This document shows positions 57,270 to 64,000 of a stretch of 64,000 nt of DNA, in pieces (position 1 is the first letter of the stretch; each line of letters starts with the position of its first letter). Source of the stretch: Planctomycetota bacterium (lineage in GTDB: Bacteria; Planctomycetota; UBA1135; UBA2386). The notes beneath the pieces are model-generated. The model was given only the letters and a program-made list of their open reading frames with translations. It did no database searches and was not told the DNA's origin. Both the position numbers and the translations under genes were made by a program. The stretch covers positions 5,792,001 through 5,856,000 of the forward strand of contig JBKAGP010000001.1 in the NCBI GenBank assembly GCA_046290465.1. The letters run 5' to 3'.

Positions 57270-58769
57270 ATGCCGTTGTTCCGCCGCATTCTGGTCGCCA
57301 ACCGAGGCGAGATCGCGCTGCGCGTGATCCGCACTGCCCAGGAGATGGGCATCGAGACGGTGGCCGTCTTCTCCGACGCCGATCGCATGGCGCTGCACGT
57401 GCGCAAGGCGACGTTCGCCGCGCACCTGGGCGGCAGCACGCCGGCCGAGAGCTACCTCGATGCCGACAAGGTGCTGGCCGCGGCCAGGCAGTTCGACTGC
57501 GACGCGCTGCACCCGGGCTACGGCTTCCTCAGCGAGAACGCCGCGTTCTCCCGCGCCTGCGCCGAGGCCGGCATCGAGTTCCTCGGCCCTTCGGGCGACG
57601 CGATCGCGTCGATGGGCGACAAGGTCGCGGCGCGCAACATCGCGCTGAAGGCCGGCGTGCCGCTGGTGCCCGGCCTGCAGGACGACGTCGACGAGGACCA
57701 GCTGGTCGCCGCCGCCAACGAGGTCGGCTACCCGGTCATGCTGAAGGCCGCGGCCGGCGGGGGGGGCAAGGGCATCCGCATCGTCGAGAACGAGTCGGGC
57801 CTGCTCGAAGCGTTCCGGATGGCGCGCGCCGAGGCCAAGGGCGCGTTCGGCGACGACCGCGTCTACCTCGAGAAGTTCGTGGTCGAGCCGCGCCACGTCG
57901 AGATCCAGATCATGGCCGACAAGCACGGCAACGTGGTGCACTACGGCGAGCGCGAATGCTCGGTGCAGCGGCGCCACCAGAAGCTGGTCGAGGAGTCGCC
58001 GTGCTCGGTGCTGACGCCCGAGCTGCGCGAGGAGATGGGCCAGGCGGCCTGCAACCTCGCCAAGGAGGTCGACTACGTCGGAGCCGGCACGGTCGAGTTC
58101 CTGTACTCGCGCGGCCGGTTCTACTTCCTCGAGATGAACACCCGGCTGCAGGTCGAGCACCCGATCACCGAAGAACGGTTCGGCGTCGACCTGGTGCGCG
58201 AGATGATCCGCGTCGGAGCCGGCGAGAAGGTCCGCCAGCCCAACGAGCCGCGCGGCCACGCGATCGAGGTGCGCATCAACGCCGAGGACCCGAGCAACTT
58301 CTTCCCGTCGCTCGGCACGATCACGCGGCTCGGCCTGCCCGGCGGGCCGGGCGTTCGCCTCGACAGCGCGATGTTCCGCGCCCTCGAGATCACGCCGTAC
58401 TACGACAGCATGCTCGGCAAGCTGATCGTGCACGGCAACGACCGCGCCCAGGCGATCATGCGGATGAAGCGCGCGCTGCGCGAGCTGCGCATCGTCGGCG
58501 TCGCGACGTCCCTGCCGGTGGCGCTGCGCACGCTCGAGAGCGAGCCGTTCGAGTCCGGCAACTACGACACCAGCATCCTGGCGACGATCGACACCGACAG
58601 CCGCGAGCATCGCGAGGTGGCGATGCTGGCCGCGGCCACGGCGCGCTTCCTGGCGGCCGAACGGGTCGGTGCCGCGGCGGCCGCCGCCGGCGACGGGCAG
58701 GCCGGCGAGGCCACGCCGACCTGGGCCCAGCTGGGACGGCGAGAGCGCCTGTGGAGGAGCGCACGATGA
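57270..58769 (+). CDS. accC: Biotin carboxylase subunit (acetyl/propionyl-CoA carboxylase)
   Basis: ILVANRGEIA, HPGYGFLSEN, KAAAGGGGKG, ERECSVQRRHQK, FLEMNTRLQVEH, RINAED, YYDSMLGK. Confidence 0.93.
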   Translation: MPLFRRILVANRGEIALRVIRTAQEMGIETVAVFSDADRMALHVRKATFAAHLGGSTPAESYLDADKVLAAARQFDCDALHPGYGFLSENAAFSRACAEAGIEFLGPSGDAIASMGDKVAARNIALKAGVPLVPGLQDDVDEDQLVAAANEVGYPVMLKAAAGGGGKGIRIVENESGLLEAFRMARAEAKGAFGDDRVYLEKFVVEPRHVEIQIMADKHGNVVHYGERECSVQRRHQKLVEESPCSVLTPELREEMGQAACNLAKEVDYVGAGTVEFLYSRGRFYFLEMNTRLQVEHPITEERFGVDLVREMIRVGAGEKVRQPNEPRGHAIEVRINAEDPSNFFPSLGTITRLGLPGGPGVRLDSAMFRALEITPYYDSMLGKLIVHGNDRAQAIMRMKRALRELRIVGVATSLPVALRTLESEPFESGNYDTSILATIDTDSREHREVAMLAAATARFLAAERVGAAAAAAGDGQAGEATPTWAQLGRRERLWRSAR

Positions 58770-59266
58770 AGTACGAAGCGAAGTTCGGCGACGAGGTGCG
58801 CGAGTTCGAGTTCAAGTGGGACGACGGGCTGCTGATCGCCCGGTCGGGGGACCGCATCGCGGCGCTCGACGTCTCGCAGGTCGGCAACGGCGAGGCGCTG
58901 TCGCTGCTGGTCGACGGCCAGTCGTTCGACATCGTCACCGACGTGCAGGGCCAGGACGTGACCGTGCAGGTCCGCGGCGAGCGCTACCAGGTGCAGGTCG
59001 TCGACGAGCGCGAACGCGCCGCCGCCGAGGTCGCCGGCAACAAGGCCAGCGGCAAGCGCGAGCTGCGCGCGGCGATGCCGGGCGTCGTCGTCGACGTCAA
59101 GGTCGAGGTCGGCGACGAGGTCGAGGAGGGCCAGACCCTGGTCGTGCTCGAGGCGATGAAGATGCAGAACCCGCTCGCCGCCGAGGGCGCCGGCAAGGTC
59201 ACCAAGGTCGCGGTCGAGGCGGGCGCCGCAGTCGCGGCGGGTGCGCTGCTGGTGGAGATCGAGTGA
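58766..59266 (+). CDS. Biotin carboxyl carrier protein
   Basis: AAMPGVV...VVLEAMKMQN biotinylation motif. ATGA overlap with the biotin carboxylase gene. Confidence 0.93.
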   Translation: MKYEAKFGDEVREFEFKWDDGLLIARSGDRIAALDVSQVGNGEALSLLVDGQSFDIVTDVQGQDVTVQVRGERYQVQVVDERERAAAEVAGNKASGKRELRAAMPGVVVDVKVEVGDEVEEGQTLVVLEAMKMQNPLAAEGAGKVTKVAVEAGAAVAAGALLVEIE

Positions 59267-60087
59267 GACGCGCGTCATCGGCGATGCTCGCGCTGCTGTT
59301 CGGCGCGTGCGCGGCACCTTCGCCGTTCGAGCAACTGCAGGACCAGAAGCCGTACACCGTCGTCGCGCACCGCGGCGCCAGCGCGGAGCGGCCCGAGAAC
59401 ACCCTGGTGGCGTTCCGCCACGCGGTCGCGCAGGGCGCGCCGATGGTGGAGTTCGACGTCTACCAGTCCAAGGACGGCGTCTGGGTCTGCATGCACGACA
59501 AGACGCTCGATCGCACCACCGACGCTGCCGCGCGGCTCGGGCGCGAGCGGGTCCGCGTCGACGAGTTGACGTTCGACGAGCTGCGCGGCCTCGACGCCGG
59601 CAGCTGGTTCGACGCGGCATGGTCGGCCGAACGCGTCTGCACGCTCGAGGAGGCGCTCGCAGCGATCGCGCCGGCGATCCCGATGATCGAGCGCAAGGGC
59701 GGCGACGCGCTGGCGCTGGTCGCGGAGCTGCGCCGCCTCGGGGTCGTCGACGACGTGATGGTGCAGGCCTTCGACTGGGACTGGCTCGAGCAGGTGCATG
59801 CGGCCGAGCCGCGGCTGCTGCTCGGTGCGCTCGGCGGCGACGAGCCGACCGCGGCGCGCCTCGCCGACCTGGACCGGACCGGCGCGCGCATCGTGCACTG
59901 GAACCACCAGCGCCTGACCGCGGCCGCGGCCGCCGAGGTGCTGGCGTCCGGTCGTCTGCTCTGCGTCTACACCGTCGACGACGACGCGGCGTTCCGGCGC
60001 TGCCTCGACCTCGGCGTGCAGATGGTCACGACCAACCGGCCCGGCCACTTCGTCGCCGCGATGCCGCGCCTCGCCCCCTCCAACTGA
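59263..60087 (+). CDS. Lipoprotein glycerophosphodiester phosphodiesterase
   Basis: Lipobox LFGAC. VVAHRG, PENT, EFDV, MHD, DRTT, IERK, QAFD, TNRP. GTGA overlap. Confidence 0.88.
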   Translation: MRRASSAMLALLFGACAAPSPFEQLQDQKPYTVVAHRGASAERPENTLVAFRHAVAQGAPMVEFDVYQSKDGVWVCMHDKTLDRTTDAAARLGRERVRVDELTFDELRGLDAGSWFDAAWSAERVCTLEEALAAIAPAIPMIERKGGDALALVAELRRLGVVDDVMVQAFDWDWLEQVHAAEPRLLLGALGGDEPTAARLADLDRTGARIVHWNHQRLTAAAAAEVLASGRLLCVYTVDDDAAFRRCLDLGVQMVTTNRPGHFVAAMPRLAPSN

Positions 60088-60175
60088 TCCCTGGCTGTCG
60101 GCCCCGCAGCGTGCGGCAGCGATGCCCGCTGCGCCTGGGCGCGCCGATCGGGTGACGGCACCAACAGCCAGGTGA

Positions 60176-61243
60176 TCAGGTCCGTCGCGGGTCGACGGTC
60201 AGGGTCAGGGTCATCTCGTGCCGCTCGCCCGGGGCGAGCGTCACGGCGTTCTCCTTGCAGTTGGCCGTCTCGATGCAGCAGAACGTCTGCCAGTCATCGG
60301 CCAGCATCTGCGAGAGCGATGCGGTCTTCTCGGGCCACGGATTCCAGACGATCGCCGAGCGGGCGCCGCGGCTGCGCAGGGTGACGGCGCGCGCCAGCGC
60401 GGGCGCCTGCAGGCGGATCTCGTCGGGCGTCTGCTGGAACACGCGGTCGGTCTCGGCGCGGAACCGGAGCGGCGCCTGCCGATCCCATGTACCTTCCGGT
60501 CGGCGTGCGTGCTCGGTCACCAGGACCCCCTCGAGGCCGTGCACCGACGCCTCGTGCACGGAGCCGACCGAGAAGTAGGTGTGCAGCGCCTGCTCGAACC
60601 GGAAGGTCACGTCGGATGGGTTGTGGCAACGCATCGTGATGCGCAGTGCGTCGGTCAGCGCGACCTCGAGTTCGAGCGAGAACGCGTGCGGCCACAGCGT
60701 GCGGCTGTCGTCGTCGTCGCGCAGCGCGAACGTGACCGCCGACGGTGCGGTCCCGACGAGCTGCCAGTCGCGGCTGCGCGCGAAGCCGTGCGCCGGCTTG
60801 TCGGCGTCGGTCGCGTGGTCGCCGAACCACGGGAACACCACCGGCACGCCGCCGCGCACCGGCTTGCCCGCCTCGTACGCCGGGGCGCTCGCGGTCCACA
60901 GCACGTCGCCGTGCGCGGTCTGCCAGGAGAGCACCTGCGCGCCGGTGCGGGCGATCAGGACCTGCTGTTCGCCGTGGGCCAGCCGCACCGCGTCGCGGCC
61001 ACCCGGGTCCTCGCACATCGTGACGCCATCGGGGAGTTCGCTGATGGCGGCGTGGCAACACCGCTGGCAGATGCAGGCGCGACCGCGCAGCGGCTCGGGA
61101 ACGCGCGCGATCGCCGCGGCCGGCACCGTCGTCGTGCGGCACCAGCAGTTCTCGCAGGCGGCCGGCTCGCCGCCGGCCGCGGCCATCGCACACGCGTTGT
61201 CGCCGCCGCACAGCGGGCAGCGGTCGGTCTGGACCTCGCTCAT
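60176..61243 (-). CDS. D-hexose-6-phosphate mutarotase (aldose 1-epimerase family) with N-terminal cysteine-rich CWC domain
   Basis: N-terminal CPLCGGDNAC...CWC...CICQRC, then GAQVLSW, PVRGGVPVVFPWFG, HGFAR, ALHTYF, ETDRVF, VWNPW, FCCIE. Confidence 0.9.
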   Translation of the reverse strand: MSEVQTDRCPLCGGDNACAMAAAGGEPAACENCWCRTTTVPAAAIARVPEPLRGRACICQRCCHAAISELPDGVTMCEDPGGRDAVRLAHGEQQVLIARTGAQVLSWQTAHGDVLWTASAPAYEAGKPVRGGVPVVFPWFGDHATDADKPAHGFARSRDWQLVGTAPSAVTFALRDDDDSRTLWPHAFSLELEVALTDALRITMRCHNPSDVTFRFEQALHTYFSVGSVHEASVHGLEGVLVTEHARRPEGTWDRQAPLRFRAETDRVFQQTPDEIRLQAPALARAVTLRSRGARSAIVWNPWPEKTASLSQMLADDWQTFCCIETANCKENAVTLAPGERHEMTLTLTVDPRRT

Positions 61244-61277
61244 GCCGCGAGGATAGCGGCCCGCCGGCTGGCCGCGA

Positions 61278-62720
61278 TCAGCCCTTCATCTGCTTGAGCT
61301 TGGCGATCGCGCCGAGCACGTTCTTGCCGCCGCTCTTGCGCTTGCCGGTCGAGTAGCCGCCGCTGCCTTCCTTGGCGTCGCCGCCACCGGCAGCGGGTGC
61401 GTTGCCAGCGGGTGCGTTGCCGGTCGCCGCAGCGGCCGCCGCTGGCTGGGCGTTCGTCTGGGCCGCCTGGGTCGACGGCGCCGGCTGGGCCTGGCCGGCG
61501 GAGGCGACGCGAACGCCACTCTTGACCGCCGCCTGGATCTGCGCGACCGACGTCGCCAGACCCGAGACCTCGCGCTGGATGTCCTTGACCGACGTCTCGA
61601 GGCCGGCGACGTTGCCGTCGCGCAGCTGCTCGATGCCCTGGTTGAGGTTGGCCGTCGCCCGGTCGAGGCTCTTCTGCAGTTCGTCGCCGAGCGCGCGCGT
61701 CGCTTCGGCCTTGTGCAGCTGTTCGATGGCGCCCTGCACCTCTTGGCTGGCGTCCTCGAGGCGGACGAGGCTCTTGCGCACTTCGCTGTCGTCGAGTCGC
61801 TGGCCGATGGCGGCGATCGCGACCTCGAGCTTCTCGAGCTTCTGCGGCAGGTCGCCGAGGTCGGCCTTGCCGTTGCCGCTGCGGACCTGTTGCTCGAGTC
61901 GGTTGACCGCCTGGCGGTTGGACTCGGCGCCGCCCTCGACGAGCGTCTTGACCTGCGCGACGCTGCCGGCGAGCTCGGTGCCCTGACCGGCGATCTCCAT
62001 CAGCGGCTTGCCATACATCTTGATGGCCTTGGTCAGGTTGTTGATCTTCTGGTCCTGCCGCTGCAGCGACAGCAGCACGTGCTGCAGTTCGTGGCCCTCG
62101 GCCGGCGTCTCGGGCATCGCCGAGGCGCGCTGCAGCAGCTCGGCGAGGGAGTCGCGCAGCTCGTCCTCGCGCTCGTTGCGACGGTTCTCGTACTGCTCGA
62201 GGCACTGCTGCATCATGCCGACGCGGCGTTGGCCGAAGCCCAGGGCCATCACCGCGACGCCGAGGACCGCGACGATCTGCGGCTCGAGGCCGGCCTCGGT
62301 CAGCGCGGCGCCGGCGGCCGGCACGAACGTCATCACGAAGCCCGCGAGCGTCACCAGCATGCCGAGGCCGAGTGCGGCGCCGCCGCCAGGAGGCGTCAGC
62401 GCGGCGTCGAAGCGTCGTCGCTGGTTCGGTTGGCGGCGAGACGCGTAGGCGGACGAGTCGTCTTCGTCGTCGCCTTCTTCGTCGTCCGCGTCGTCCTCCT
62501 GGTCGTCGTCTTCGTCCTCGTCGTATTCGTCGCCGTCGCCGTCGTCGTCGTGCTCGGCCTCGTCCACCTCGTCGACGTGCTCGTCGTCGTACTCCTCGTC
62601 GTGGTCCTCGAACTCCGCCGAGTCGGCGGTCGTGACGTTCTCTTCGCGGTCCTGCTCGGGTTCACCGAGGAAGCTGGGCAGGTCACCTGAGGGATTGCGA
62701 GTATCGATGGATCGGGTCAT
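61278..62720 (-). CDS. Membrane-anchored coiled-coil protein with very acidic N-terminus
   Basis: About 65-aa Asp/Glu tract, two TM segments, long heptad region, Ala/Gln linker, basic C-terminal helix KNVLGAIAKLKQMKG. Confidence 0.8.
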   Translation of the reverse strand: MTRSIDTRNPSGDLPSFLGEPEQDREENVTTADSAEFEDHDEEYDDEHVDEVDEAEHDDDGDGDEYDEDEDDDQEDDADDEEGDDEDDSSAYASRRQPNQRRRFDAALTPPGGGAALGLGMLVTLAGFVMTFVPAAGAALTEAGLEPQIVAVLGVAVMALGFGQRRVGMMQQCLEQYENRRNEREDELRDSLAELLQRASAMPETPAEGHELQHVLLSLQRQDQKINNLTKAIKMYGKPLMEIAGQGTELAGSVAQVKTLVEGGAESNRQAVNRLEQQVRSGNGKADLGDLPQKLEKLEVAIAAIGQRLDDSEVRKSLVRLEDASQEVQGAIEQLHKAEATRALGDELQKSLDRATANLNQGIEQLRDGNVAGLETSVKDIQREVSGLATSVAQIQAAVKSGVRVASAGQAQPAPSTQAAQTNAQPAAAAAATGNAPAGNAPAAGGGDAKEGSGGYSTGKRKSGGKNVLGAIAKLKQMKG

Positions 62721-62826
62721 GGCTTGTCTTGCAACGATCTGTTTCGCTGATCGGCAGTCCGACCGCCCGGGATGAAGCAGGCGTGTTGCAAACTGCGGCA
62801 CGGTCCCCGAAAACGGCGTGTCACCG

Positions 62827-64000
62827 ATGGCTCGGAAACTAAAAGGCATCGCCGCGGCTCCCGGGATCGCGATCGCGCCCGTCGTGCACTTCCACACGAC
62901 GCTCGATCAGATTCCGACCTGGAGGGTCGCCGACGACCGCGTCGACGCCGAGAAGGGGCGTCTGACGGGGGCCATCGAGTCCGTCACCGAGAGCCTGACG
63001 CAGCTGCAGAAGGAGCTCGCCGGGGCGATCGGCAAGCACGACGTGCGCATCTACGACGCGCAGCTGGCGATCCTGCACGACCGGACCTTCATCAAGGAGG
63101 TCGAGGGCCAGATCGAGCAGCACAACTGCAACCTGGAGGTGGCCCTGCAGCGGGTCGTCGCCCGCTACGAGAAGGTCTTCGAGCAGATGGAGAACGCGGC
63201 GATGCGCGAGCGCGCCGCCGACCTGCGCGACATCGGCCGGCAGCTGGTGGGCGCGCTGGTGGCGACCGGCCGCCAGAAGTACACCGCCGACGGCGCCGAC
63301 TACCTGTTTGCTGCCGACGAGTTCCTGCCGAGCGACGCCGGCATCCTCGACCGCGCGCACATCCGCGGCATCGTCACGGCCCACGGCGGCAAGTACTCGC
63401 ACGGGGCGATCCTGGCGCGCTCGCTCGGGATCCCGGCGATCGTCGGGATCGAGCAGGTGATGCAGGAGACCAGCAACGGGGCGTTGGCGATCCTCGACGG
63501 CGATGCCGGCGTCGTGCTGCTCGACCCGACCATCGACGAGCTGGCCGACTACGAGCGGCGGCTGCGCGAGCAGCGTTCGGTCGAGTCGCGCATCAGCGAG
63601 CTGCGGTTCCAGCCGTCGGTCACGCCCGACGGCACCAACGTCCGGCTGATGGCCAACGTCGAGGGCGTGCAGGACCTCGACAACCTCGAGCTGGACACGA
63701 TGGCCGGCATCGGGCTGTTCCGGACCGAGTTCGCGTTCATGGAGCGGCGCCAGTTCCCGACCGAGGAGGAACAGGTGACGATGTACCGGCGCGCGGTCGA
63801 GAGCGCGAACGGCAAGCCGGTCACGTTCCGCACGCTCGACGTCGGCGGGGACAAGCCGCTCGGCTACTTCCAGATGCCCGAGGAGCGCAACCCGGTGCTC
63901 GGGTGGCGCGGCATCCGGCTGTGCCTGGACTGGCCGGACATCCTCTACACGCAGCTGCGCGCGATCCTGCGGGCCAGCGCCGAAGGCCACGCCCGCATCC
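62827..64000 (+). CDS. ptsI: Phosphoenolpyruvate-protein phosphotransferase (PTS enzyme I), truncated by the window end
   Basis: Translated by hand: MARKLKGIAAAPGIAIA, RERAADLRD, GGKYSHGAILARSLGIPA, IGLFRTEF, RTLDVGGDK, EERNPVLGWRGIR. Absent from the ORF track because it runs off the end. Confidence 0.93.
   Translation, partial: MARKLKGIAAAPGIAIAPVVHFHTTLDQIPTWRVADDRVDAEKGRLTGAIESVTESLTQLQKELAGAIGKHDVRIYDAQLAILHDRTFIKEVEGQIEQHNCNLEVALQRVVARYEKVFEQMENAAMRERAADLRDIGRQLVGALVATGRQKYTADGADYLFAADEFLPSDAGILDRAHIRGIVTAHGGKYSHGAILARSLGIPAIVGIEQVMQETSNGALAILDGDAGVVLLDPTIDELADYERRLREQRSVESRISELRFQPSVTPDGTNVRLMANVEGVQDLDNLELDTMAGIGLFRTEFAFMERRQFPTEEEQVTMYRRAVESANGKPVTFRTLDVGGDKPLGYFQMPEERNPVLGWRGIRLCLDWPDILYTQLRAILRASAEGHARI

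Overview
Gene-dense window from a very GC-rich bacterium. The gene content (many Ser/Thr kinase and ECF/anti-sigma genes, DUF4384-type, prenyltransferase-repeat and EF-hand secreted proteins) suggests a Planctomycetota-like organism, but this is inference only. About 57 CDS can be supported. Most are housekeeping or metabolic: pruA, queG, gmhA, mdh, ETF-QO, glpD, nagA, a stand-alone fusA, queD, mutM, mce-pccB, a split biotin carboxylase/BCCP pair and a partial PTS enzyme I. I saw no rRNA, tRNA, CRISPR array or transposase. The most interesting items are: (1) a DUF4956-like + VTC polyphosphate polymerase operon whose third gene is a secreted 4xEF-hand protein with phospho-His and PPDK/PEP-synthase-type ATP-grasp domains in reversed order (28869-32712); (2) a compositionally distinct kinase / Cys-rich ECF sigma / anti-sigma / secreted caspase cassette with a duplicated RDIGVK motif (1-4751); (3) a ~700-nt intergenic region that folds into nested stems with strand-consistent G-U pairs (46850-47560); (4) a membrane-anchored tandem beta-carbonic anhydrase with a His-rich stalk; (5) an ORF broken by a single in-frame TGA followed by a hairpin at SECIS-like spacing; (6) a pseudo-histidine kinase next to an ECF/ZAS-TPR pair; (7) two apparent gene fusions, REP-like repeats and a recurring leaderless-promoter signature. 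All domain calls come from motifs read by eye, not from database searches.
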